In this document: positions 35,596 to 45,499 of the stretch, one piece after another
How the letters are laid out: the number at the start of each line of letters is the position of its first letter
Position numbering within the stretch: the stretch's first letter is position 1
Source: Candidatus Moraniibacteriota bacterium
GTDB taxonomy: Bacteria > Patescibacteriota > Minisyncoccia > Moranbacterales > DUUL01
Length of the DNA stretch: 51,395 nt
Direction of reading: 5' to 3'
NCBI GenBank assembly: GCA_012841575.1
Contig: DUUL01000004.1
Coordinates: forward strand, 1 to 51,395
Translations under genes and position numbers: made by a program
Notes under the pieces: generated by a model
Told to the model about the DNA's origin: nothing
Database searches by the model: none
What the model saw: the letters and a program-made list of their open reading frames with translations, nothing else

Positions 35596-36003
35596 ATGAG
35601 AATTAGTCCAAAGCAATATGCACGTTTGATTTTTGAGATGGCAGATGATTTGTCAGAGCCAGCTTTTTTGGTTGCTTTTAAAAAGGTGGCAAAGGTTATT
35701 TTTAAAAATAGAGACGAGCGAAAAATTGAAAAAATAGCTGATGAGCTAGTGAGTTTAATTAAGAAGAAAAAGGGACTAGCAGAGGTGAAAATTACAACAG
35801 CTGAGCCTTTGGAAGAAGAAAGCTTAAGTGCACTTAGGAATATTTTGGCACAAAGAAATAATTTGAATCTTGAAAATCTAAAGCTAGAAACAATAGTAGA
35901 CAAGAAGATTAAAAGTGGATTGATTATCCAAGTGAATAATGAGATTTGGGATAATAGCCTAAGAAGTAAATTACAGAGAATGAAGGCTAGCTTGGCTAGC
36001 TAA
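35596..36003 (+). CDS. atpH: F-type ATP synthase subunit delta (OSCP), short 135-aa form
   Basis: C-terminal SGLIIQVNNEIWDNSLRSKLQRM matches the delta/OSCP C-terminal signature. Operon position between b and alpha. Confidence 0.65.
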   Translation: MRISPKQYARLIFEMADDLSEPAFLVAFKKVAKVIFKNRDERKIEKIADELVSLIKKKKGLAEVKITTAEPLEEESLSALRNILAQRNNLNLENLKLETIVDKKIKSGLIIQVNNEIWDNSLRSKLQRMKASLAS

Positions 36004-36056
36004 TTAAATTAAGTCAGCTAATTATTTTAAATAAACAATTTAATTAAGATAAACTT

Positions 36057-37586
36057 ATGGATAAAGATTTTATTATTGAGCAACTTAAAAGACAAATCAA
36101 TCAGACTGGAGTTGATCCAGAGGTGAAGAAGATTGGACGAGTTGTCGAGGTGGGTGATGGGATTGCGCGTGTAGTGGGGTTAGATGATGTGATGATGTCA
36201 GAGATGATTAGATTTTCAAATGATAAAAAGACTGCAAAAGAAGATTTGTACGGGGTGGCTTTAAACTTGGAAGATGGTCAGGTTGGAGTTGTGATTATTG
36301 GTGAGGTTGACCAAGTGAAGGAAGGTGATCAAGTTGAGGCGACTGGGCAGATTTTATCTGTGCCAGTGGGAGAGCAGATGATTGGAAGGGTAATTAATCC
36401 AGTTGGAAGAGCAGTTGATGGTGGTGAAGAAATTAAAACTGGAAATTTTTATCCTTTAGAAAAAAAGGCGGCTGGTGTAATGGCGCGTAAGGGAGTTTCT
36501 CAGCCAGTACAGACTGGAATTAAAGCAATTGATGCGATGATTCCAATTGGTCGTGGACAAAGAGAATTAATTATTGGTGATCGTCAGACTGGAAAGACCG
36601 CTTTGGCAATTGATGCGATCATTAATCAAAAGGGGCAGGATATGATTTGTGTTTATGTGGCAATTGGGCAAAAGAAATCCAAGGTAGCACAAATTGTAAC
36701 AGAACTAAAGAAAAAGGGAGCGATGGATTATACAGTGGTAGTAGTTGCTGGTGCTTCGGATCCAGCGGCTTTTTCTCTGTATGCTCCATATGCTGGTTGT
36801 GCGATTGGAGAATATTTCATGGATCAAGGTAAAGATGTTTTAGTGGTTTACGATGACTTAAGTAAACATGCTTGGGCGTATCGACAAATTTCTCTGCTTT
36901 TACGTCGTCCGCCAGGACGGGAAGCTTATCCGGGAGATGTTTTTTATCTTCACTCACGTTTACTAGAGCGAGCAGCTCGTTTGAATGAGGAAAATGGAGG
37001 AGGTTCACTAACAGCTTTACCAATTATTGAGACGCAAGCGGGGGATATCTCTGCTTATATCCCAACTAATGTAATTTCTATTACTGATGGACAGATTTTC
37101 TTGGAAACAGATTTATTTCACCAGGGGATTCGACCAGCAATTTCCGTGGGACTTTCTGTGTCGCGTGTCGGTTCTTCTGCTCAGACTAAAGCGATGAAAA
37201 AGGTAGCTGGAAAGGTAAAATTAGAGTTAGCGCAGTTTCGAGAGCTAGAGGCCTTTACTAAGTTTGGTTCTGATTTGGATGAAAAAACTAAACAACGCAT
37301 TGAGAGAGGCTATCGCACAATTGAGGTTTTAAAGCAGAAGCAATATGATCCAATGACAATGGAAGAGCAGGTTTTAGTGATGTGGGCGTTGACTAATGGT
37401 TATTTTGATGCAGTGGCGGTTGAGAAAGTGAAGGAATTTGAGGAGGGCTTAGTTAAGTATGCTAAAGAAGTAAGGAGTGAAATTTTGAGTGGGATCACAG
37501 AGAAGCAAGAAATAACGGAGGAGTTAGAGAAGGAAATGAAGAGTTTAGTGGAGGACTATGTTAGCATGGAAGGAGAGGGGGAATAA
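36057..37586 (+). CDS. atpA: F-type ATP synthase subunit alpha
   Basis: Walker [51 protein letters not shown]. Confidence 0.95.
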   Translation: MDKDFIIEQLKRQINQTGVDPEVKKIGRVVEVGDGIARVVGLDDVMMSEMIRFSNDKKTAKEDLYGVALNLEDGQVGVVIIGEVDQVKEGDQVEATGQILSVPVGEQMIGRVINPVGRAVDGGEEIKTGNFYPLEKKAAGVMARKGVSQPVQTGIKAIDAMIPIGRGQRELIIGDRQTGKTALAIDAIINQKGQDMICVYVAIGQKKSKVAQIVTELKKKGAMDYTVVVVAGASDPAAFSLYAPYAGCAIGEYFMDQGKDVLVVYDDLSKHAWAYRQISLLLRRPPGREAYPGDVFYLHSRLLERAARLNEENGGGSLTALPIIETQAGDISAYIPTNVISITDGQIFLETDLFHQGIRPAISVGLSVSRVGSSAQTKAMKKVAGKVKLELAQFRELEAFTKFGSDLDEKTKQRIERGYRTIEVLKQKQYDPMTMEEQVLVMWALTNGYFDAVAVEKVKEFEEGLVKYAKEVRSEILSGITEKQEITEELEKEMKSLVEDYVSMEGEGE

Positions 37587-37625
37587 AGTTAAAATAATGT
37601 TCTAAATTAGTAATTTTAGTTAAAG

Positions 37626-38597
37626 ATGGCAAAGGGCGGAAAGGAAGTACAAAGAAGAATTAAATCTATCAGCAATACGCGTAAAATTACGCGAGCGATG
37701 GAAATGGTAGCAGCAGCAAAAATGCGCAAGGAGGTTGAAAAAGTGCTGGCTGTTCGATCATACGCCACTTCTGCTTGGGGGATTTTAACTAATCTATCAA
37801 GAGCTTTTGGAAAGCATAAGCATGGACTGCTGGAAGTGCGAGAGGTGCGTCGGATTTTGGTGGTTTTGGTAACTTCTAATCGCGGTTTATGCGGAGCGTA
37901 CAATAGTCAGGTGGTAAAGAAAATAATGGAGCAAATAAAAAACCCTAAGTTGCTTAAGATAAATCGAGTTGGTGAGAAAAAGCTGGTTTCTTCAGTTTCT
38001 GATAAAGATTTGAAAGTCGATTTTATTGCAGTAGGAAAGAAGGGTTTTGAACAATTAAGATTAAGAGAACAAAATGTGATCGCTGAGTTTGGAGAATTAA
38101 ATTATCTACCTTCAGCTGATGCTGTTCGTCCATTGGCACACATTATCATTAATGATTATCAAGCAGAAAAATATGACAAGGTTGTAATTGCCTATACTGA
38201 TTATAAAAATACATTAGTGCAAGAGCCAAAGCTGAGACAGCTTTTACCTATCTCCAAAACGGATATCGAAAAGCAGATTGAACAGATGAGTCTTGAAGAG
38301 AAAGGAGAAAAAATTACTTCTGCGGAAGAGAAGATTATTGACTATAAAATAGAGCCAGAACCACAAGAGGTTTTAGAGCACTTACTGCCAAGGTTGGTTG
38401 AAATGCAAATCTATCATGCGATCTTAGAGTCGAATGCATCAGAGGAGTCGGCAAGAATGATGGCAATGAAAAATGCGACGGAAGCGGCGGGAGAGATGAT
38501 GGAGGAGTTGCATTATACATACAATCAAATTCGCCAGATGAGCATTACTCAGGAAATTGCAGAAATTACTTCAGGAAGAGTTGCCTTAGAGGATTAA
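37626..38597 (+). CDS. atpG: F-type ATP synthase subunit gamma
   Basis: IKSISNTRKITRAMEMVAAAKMRK at the N-terminus and ITQEIAEITSG at the C-terminus. Confidence 0.9.
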   Translation: MAKGGKEVQRRIKSISNTRKITRAMEMVAAAKMRKEVEKVLAVRSYATSAWGILTNLSRAFGKHKHGLLEVREVRRILVVLVTSNRGLCGAYNSQVVKKIMEQIKNPKLLKINRVGEKKLVSSVSDKDLKVDFIAVGKKGFEQLRLREQNVIAEFGELNYLPSADAVRPLAHIIINDYQAEKYDKVVIAYTDYKNTLVQEPKLRQLLPISKTDIEKQIEQMSLEEKGEKITSAEEKIIDYKIEPEPQEVLEHLLPRLVEMQIYHAILESNASEESARMMAMKNATEAAGEMMEELHYTYNQIRQMSITQEIAEITSGRVALED

Positions 38598-38730
38598 AAT
38601 TTATGGAAAGATTTTCAAAAGAGGATGGCGTGACGAGAGAAAAAAGTGAAGAACGTAAAATTGTCACGACTGTTATTTTAAAACCATTTTTCAGAACTTG
38701 ATTCATTTGAGTTTTGATTGTAGTTTTTAA

Positions 38731-40146
<1,416 letters not shown>

Positions 40147-40208
40147 GCAAGTTTATTTTTAAAAGTTAAAACTCTTAAGGCGCATTTGAGTCAAAGTTAA
40201 TTAATGTG

Positions 40209-40655
40209 ATGAAAAAAAAGATTAATTTGAAAATTGTAACACCAGAGCGGGTAATTTTGGAAAGTGAGGCAACTCAAATCACTTTACCGACTAAAGGATT
40301 GGGAGAAATAACCATCTTGCCAGACCACATTCCCTATTTGTCAATATTGGCACCTGGGTTAGTGGAGGTTAAAAATGGTGAAGAAGAAAGTGTTCCAATG
40401 GCAATTTCAGGGGGAGTTTTAGAGTTTCATGAAAATGAACTGACTTTATTGGCTGATACAGCTGAGCGAGCAGAAGAGATTGATTTAGAGCGAGCAGAAG
40501 AAGCTCGGAAAAGAGCAGAAAAAATGATGGCGGAAGAAAAGCGTAACTTAAGCTCAGAACAATATGCTGCAGTTGTTGGACAGCTAGAAAAGCAAATGGC
40601 TAGAATCAGAGTTGTGAAAAAATATCGCCCTCAGGTAATGAAAAAACACACCTAA
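40209..40655 (+). CDS. atpC: F-type ATP synthase subunit epsilon
   Basis: LKIVTPERVILESEA beta-sandwich start plus C-terminal helices. The ATG at 40209 is preferred over the GTG at 40206. Confidence 0.85.
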   Translation: MKKKINLKIVTPERVILESEATQITLPTKGLGEITILPDHIPYLSILAPGLVEVKNGEEESVPMAISGGVLEFHENELTLLADTAERAEEIDLERAEEARKRAEKMMAEEKRNLSSEQYAAVVGQLEKQMARIRVVKKYRPQVMKKHT

Positions 40656-40726
40656 GAATATTTAATTAGCTATTGAACTTACAAAGACCCAAAAAATAAG
40701 TTAAAACAAAAAAGATCTGCAAATAA

Positions 40727-41884
40727 ATGGGTAAAAATAAAAAAAAAGAACAATTGGCAGAAATTGATAAGAAGAGAAAAAATAGTCAGTCAGTCGGCAA
40801 AGGATTTTGGGGAGGCAAAAAGGCAAAAATAATCGTAGCGATAATTATTTTTGTTTTAACAGTCACCATTGGAGTAGGTGGCTCTTTTTGGTTAGTTTGG
40901 GAAGGTAAGATTACTAATGATAAAGTGGTTAGTTTGAGTAAAGATATTTTAGATAAATTTTATCCACAAGAGGAGCTAACAATCGGTTGGGTGACTGATG
41001 CTAAGTGCTATGGGAAACAAGATGATAAAACTGGAGAGAGGGAGTTAAATTGGCGCTGCATTGAGCCACTAGAGTCAATGGTTTGGAAGATGAATAATGA
41101 AACTAGTCCAGATTTAGTGGTTCAAGGAGGGAGTTTAATAAAAAATAAAGGCTTGCCATCAGAGGAGCTTTTTATGGCTGCCAGTGGAATTTTAAAGAAA
41201 ATTAAAGCGCCCATTTATCCTATAATTGGAGAAGAGGAGGTTCGTGGTTTTTCTAAAGAGCAGTGGCGTAATCTTTCTGGTCAAAGTAGTAATTATTACT
41301 ATGTTGATGAAGGGCGATATCGCTTAGTTTTTCTAGATACTAATAATTATCGATTGTCGGAGAGCGGTGAGATTGTTGATAGCGTACCAGGTCAATTTAG
41401 TAATGTGGGGCTAATTGATGAAAAGCAACTTAAATGGTTGGAGGCTACTCTGAAAAGTTCGCAACTGAGAAAGGTTTTAGTTTTTATGCATCACCCGCCA
41501 ATTTATACTGATTTAGAGACAGAAGAAAGCTCTTTCAGTCAGGATAGTGGAAACATAAGGACTTTATTTGCCAATTACAATGTTAAAGCGGTTTTTTCGG
41601 GCTATTTGGATCGAATGTGTCGACAGACATATCAGGGCGTTGAGTATTTTGTTTTGCAGGGGATTTGGGAAAGTAATGATAAGCTAAAGGAAGATTTTAG
41701 GTTTAAAAACGGAGGAATTTTTGGTGAAATCTATGTTTCTGAGGAGGCGACCAAGGTAATAGTAAACTATCACCGTAATCGAGGAGGCGGTTATTACGAC
41801 TTAGAGATTACTCCTGGAGGCTACTCCTGTCTAGACGGCTATACTCTAAGAGAGAGATATCAAGATAAAATTCAGTTAGACTAA
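40727..41884 (+). CDS. Membrane-anchored calcineurin-like metallophosphoesterase paralog with degenerate metal-binding motifs (probable pseudo-enzyme)
   Basis: Aligns along its length with the 47864-48949 product (RYRLVFLDTN vs DYRLIILDAN; LFANYNVKAVFSG vs LFENYEVSGVFNG). However, DxH becomes TDAK, GD becomes GGS, GNHE becomes GEEE and GH becomes GY. Only FMHHPP keeps its His. Confidence 0.6.
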   Translation: MGKNKKKEQLAEIDKKRKNSQSVGKGFWGGKKAKIIVAIIIFVLTVTIGVGGSFWLVWEGKITNDKVVSLSKDILDKFYPQEELTIGWVTDAKCYGKQDDKTGERELNWRCIEPLESMVWKMNNETSPDLVVQGGSLIKNKGLPSEELFMAASGILKKIKAPIYPIIGEEEVRGFSKEQWRNLSGQSSNYYYVDEGRYRLVFLDTNNYRLSESGEIVDSVPGQFSNVGLIDEKQLKWLEATLKSSQLRKVLVFMHHPPIYTDLETEESSFSQDSGNIRTLFANYNVKAVFSGYLDRMCRQTYQGVEYFVLQGIWESNDKLKEDFRFKNGGIFGEIYVSEEATKVIVNYHRNRGGGYYDLEITPGGYSCLDGYTLRERYQDKIQLD

Positions 41885-41894
41885 TTTAATTCCT

Positions 41895-41934
41895 AAATAA
41901 TTCTTTAATTTTATTTTTTTACAAAGAATTATTT
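41895..41934. terminator. Bidirectional terminator between convergent genes
   Basis: A perfect 12-bp inverted repeat, AAATAATTCTTT (41895-41906) with AAAGAATTATTT (41923-41934), around a T-rich loop. The right arm overlaps the stop of the minus-strand gene. Confidence 0.55.
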
Positions 41935-43518
41935 TCTAAAAACCAAAAGAGCAAATCTACCAGTTTCAAATTCAGCCACTAAGCGGGTGGATTTTTTATA
42001 ATGGTCGATGTTTTTCTTTTTTCTGTCCTTGTTGACAATAACGAAAAAAGTTTCCTCTTGAGAAAGTTTACTTTCAGAAACAAAAGATATTCTGAGTGAT
42101 TCTTTTTCTTGACAAATGTATTCCAGGGATCTTCCATATTCAAATTTTTTAATTCGAGCCTCATTTTCTCCAGAGATTTTCTTGATTGAATCACAGAGGC
42201 TATTTAGCTCTTTTTGACTAATGCCGCCATAAACACTGAGGGGTAGTTGATAGTTTTCTAGAGCATAGGCCTTGTTGTAGATAAAAAAGTTGTTTCCTAG
42301 GAGCAGTGCAAAACAAAAAATGGCTACAATTTGTTTTGGCGTGCTGTTTCTTTTTAAAAATTGTTGAACAATCAAGCCTAGTAAAAAAAATGGAATGGGA
42401 ATTAAAATAATGAAAAAGCGTATATTTAATTCTCCTCCGATTACCACAAAAAGGAAAAATGAGAGCAGGGAAAACGTTAATAGTAAGAAAGAGGAAAAGT
42501 TTTTACTAAGTAAATCTTTTTTGTTTTTTAGAAATTTTTTCCAAAAAGCAAAAAATCCTAGAGCGATAAAAACCAAAGACAAGCACAGTTGAGTTAATTC
42601 TTGGAAGTTACGCAGAGATATCATCTTAGAAAGGTTAAGCCAATTACTTTTTGGTGCTTGGCCGGTTAAAGTATAAAAAGTTCCTTGCAGAAAAAATGTA
42701 GCAGTGTTGCCTAGATTTTCAAAAAAACTTAATTCATTGTCGGTTTTTTTCTGAGCTCCGCTAAAAAAAGCACGTAAATTTTCTCCCTGATTTTCTAAAC
42801 TGCCGTAGACAAAAGGAATATTGAGGGTAAAAATGACTATTAGCAATAGAGTGATTTTGGTCCAGGGGAAATCAGACTTTATTTTATAGAAAAGCATCAA
42901 CCCCAGAGTCAATAAGAGCATTGCTGGCATTAAGATTAATAAGGTTGTGTGCAGTTGAACGCCAATCCCAGTAACAACTCCCAGTAGAAGACAGTCTAGC
43001 CAACTAAGTTTCTCTTTATTGTAAATTTGACTGAGCAATAAGAAAAAGGCTAAGAGGAAAAAGGGAATCGCATTGGGGTTCCAAGCAAAACGAGAATATT
43101 TAATAACAAAAAAAGAGCTTGCATAAAGTAAGGAAAGTCCTAGTGCTAGAGGGAGAGAAAATATTTTTCGGAAAAATAGGTAAAAAAGATAGATAGAGGC
43201 AATAGACAGCAATGGAATGAAAAAAGCAATTCCTGTTGGTGAGAATCCAAAAAATAGGCCAGATAAAAATTCTAAATAATAGAAAGCTGGTCCTAAATTG
43301 AAGGTAGTTCCGCCAGCTTTTGGTCCGAGCAAGGGCCAGTTGCCAGATTGCATTTCTTGTACAACTTTAATGTCTCGAGCTTGGTCATTGTTGAAACGAA
43401 GGTAATCGCCAAAATAACTAAGACGTAGCCAGGCGCCAAGCAATAAAACAAGAACAATTAGGATTTTTGCTGGATGCTTTTTTATTTTTTTGTAAACAGA
43501 ATTCAAATAATTAATCAT
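41929..43518 (-). CDS. GT-C-fold polytopic membrane glycosyltransferase, 'DQARD' subtype (ArnT/PMT-related)
   Basis: 529 aa. The first-loop acidic motif RFNNDQARD is followed by GNWPLLGPKAGGTTFNLGPAFYY. About 12 TM helices plus a C-terminal soluble domain. Paralog of the partial CDS at 50668. Confidence 0.6.
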   Translation of the reverse strand: MINYLNSVYKKIKKHPAKILIVLVLLLGAWLRLSYFGDYLRFNNDQARDIKVVQEMQSGNWPLLGPKAGGTTFNLGPAFYYLEFLSGLFFGFSPTGIAFFIPLLSIASIYLFYLFFRKIFSLPLALGLSLLYASSFFVIKYSRFAWNPNAIPFFLLAFFLLLSQIYNKEKLSWLDCLLLGVVTGIGVQLHTTLLILMPAMLLLTLGLMLFYKIKSDFPWTKITLLLIVIFTLNIPFVYGSLENQGENLRAFFSGAQKKTDNELSFFENLGNTATFFLQGTFYTLTGQAPKSNWLNLSKMISLRNFQELTQLCLSLVFIALGFFAFWKKFLKNKKDLLSKNFSSFLLLTFSLLSFFLFVVIGGELNIRFFIILIPIPFFLLGLIVQQFLKRNSTPKQIVAIFCFALLLGNNFFIYNKAYALENYQLPLSVYGGISQKELNSLCDSIKKISGENEARIKKFEYGRSLEYICQEKESLRISFVSESKLSQEETFFVIVNKDRKKKNIDHYKKSTRLVAEFETGRFALLVFRK

Positions 43519-43536
43519 TAACTTTTTTGTTTCCAG

Positions 43537-45435
43537 CTATTTTTCAAATTCAATTATGCGAACAAAATTAGCTGGACGATTATTAATATTAAGTTCCCAG
43601 GTTGGATTTATCTCACCTTTTTTAAAATAGTAAAAAGTGTCTTTTTCTTCATCAGGATTATTCTCAAAAATGAAATGATTTTTTTCTTTCAGAATCGCTC
43701 GAGTGGAAACAATCAAATAGTCTGGTTGAATTTGCGCAAGATCAATTTTTCGACTACGCAAACATTTACCCTTGAAGAAAAGACAGAATGAGTTGCTATT
43801 GGAGTAGACAACCATGTTTTCTACGCCCTCAAGGGAATTTAGATGTTGTGCTGCTTCATAAAATCCATGTCCCCAAGTGTCGTGAATGCTATATTTCTTT
43901 GGCAATAGAAAACTTTCATAGCTAAAGTAGAAGGGTTTGATTTGCCAGAGAGATAAGACGCTAAGAGTTAGAATGGTAAATAAAATAGCTATAATTTTTT
44001 TCTTAGAAGTCCAGCCGATAGATTTCATGATCTCATTTAGAGCAATGGCGCAGAAGATAGCAAAGAGCGGGTAGAGGATAATTGAGTAGCGTACGTTGGT
44101 GACAATTTTCGCAACAAAGGTAGCAAAAAAATAAAGAGGAATAAATAAAGCAATGGTGAAAAGGATTAAGTTATTGGGGTAAGTTATTTTTTGGCGATAG
44201 GACTTGAGGGTAATGAGCAAGACTAATAAAACAAAAAAAGGCGAGACGGAGAAAATAAAGGGATAAGTCTCCATTAACAATAATTTAAAATTATCATACA
44301 AGGTTGCATTTTTTCGATCCAAAAGAGGTTTGAAATTAAAGTTTTTCGGTTCATTTGCGTAGGCTAGGTCACTCAACTCATTAACTGGAGCTAGACTTTG
44401 ATTTGTCCAAAGATTGAAAATTGAAATGATGAAAACTAGACTTAGTAGAGTTAATGAACTAGCCAAGAGAAACTTTTGCCATTTTGACAGAAAAGCAGAA
44501 ATTTGAGCGGTTAGGTCTTTTTTCCAAAAAACTAAAGCTAAAAAAATTATTAAAGTTATTGTGCCCAAATAAATTAACTTTGAGTTTAAAAATTGTGCAA
44601 TTCCTTCAAAAAATACTTGTGGTTTGACAAAAGTAGCGGGTAGAAAAATAGCAAAAATAATTGCTGAAATTAGAAAAATAACAAGCCAAGAGCCAATTAA
44701 TCTAGGGAGAAAAGTTGCATCAAGAGGTTTTGATTCAGAACTTTTTTCTTTCGGTGGAAAAATTAATTTAGCTAGTCCAGCTATAATAAAAATAGCGTAT
44801 AAAATAAAAGAAGTATATTTAGATAGAAGTGCAAAGCCCATTAAAATTGAACAAATAATCAAAAATTTCTTTTGGTTAGTATTGAGATAGGCTAAATAAG
44901 CAACAGTTGTGAGTCCTCCAAAAATCCAGAAAAAGCTATCGGGGTTAATAATTTGTGAAATTCCAATCAGAATTGGACTTAGCCCGATAAACATTGTTGT
45001 CATTAAAGCAAGTCGAGTTGAGCCCAGAGCCGGTTTTAGCAAGAAGAAAAAAGCTAAAATAGAAAGAGTGGAGAAAATTAAAATTGGCAAACGAAAATAG
45101 AAATTAAGCTGCTCAGTTTTCTGAGGATCATATTTTTTAAATAATTTGGCATCTTCAGTGGCACTAAGAGAGCTTGATAACTTGGGATCGGGTTCTGCAA
45201 GCAAGCCGAAGCCAGAGATTAACGCCACAGTAATTCCAGGCTTATCATTGATGGATGTTTTTACCCAGTCTCTATCTTGCAACGCCTGCCAATATTGTCC
45301 AATGCGACCATATTTCCAAAGGTGCTCATCAGCAGTTTCAAACTTACTTAAGTGGTAAAAACCAAAACTGAAAAAAACAACAATAGTCATTGCTAAGAAA
45401 AGATAAGTAGAGTTTTTTTGCAAGAACTTTTTCAT
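43537..45435 (-). CDS. GT39/PMT_2-like (ArnT-type) polyprenyl-phosphate-sugar-dependent membrane glycosyltransferase
   Basis: 632 aa. First periplasmic-loop motif TADEHLWKYGR...INDKPGITV. Polytopic, with a C-terminal soluble domain. Confidence 0.65.
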   Translation of the reverse strand: MKKFLQKNSTYLFLAMTIVVFFSFGFYHLSKFETADEHLWKYGRIGQYWQALQDRDWVKTSINDKPGITVALISGFGLLAEPDPKLSSSLSATEDAKLFKKYDPQKTEQLNFYFRLPILIFSTLSILAFFFLLKPALGSTRLALMTTMFIGLSPILIGISQIINPDSFFWIFGGLTTVAYLAYLNTNQKKFLIICSILMGFALLSKYTSFILYAIFIIAGLAKLIFPPKEKSSESKPLDATFLPRLIGSWLVIFLISAIIFAIFLPATFVKPQVFFEGIAQFLNSKLIYLGTITLIIFLALVFWKKDLTAQISAFLSKWQKFLLASSLTLLSLVFIISIFNLWTNQSLAPVNELSDLAYANEPKNFNFKPLLDRKNATLYDNFKLLLMETYPFIFSVSPFFVLLVLLITLKSYRQKITYPNNLILFTIALFIPLYFFATFVAKIVTNVRYSIILYPLFAIFCAIALNEIMKSIGWTSKKKIIAILFTILTLSVLSLWQIKPFYFSYESFLLPKKYSIHDTWGHGFYEAAQHLNSLEGVENMVVYSNSNSFCLFFKGKCLRSRKIDLAQIQPDYLIVSTRAILKEKNHFIFENNPDEEKDTFYYFKKGEINPTWELNINNRPANFVRIIEFEK

Positions 45436-45499
45436 TTTGAGGGCAATTTAATGTTTATTGGGTAAACTTAGTTTAAGTAAGTCAAGTTAAATGCTTGTT

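Noticed and set aside
43504-43518. The 529-aa and 778-aa minus-strand GT proteins both begin with MINYL
   Set aside because: The match is only 5 residues, encoded by the AT-rich TGATTAATTA. The 778-aa gene may actually start at an internal ATG. This is likely coincidence rather than a shared signal.
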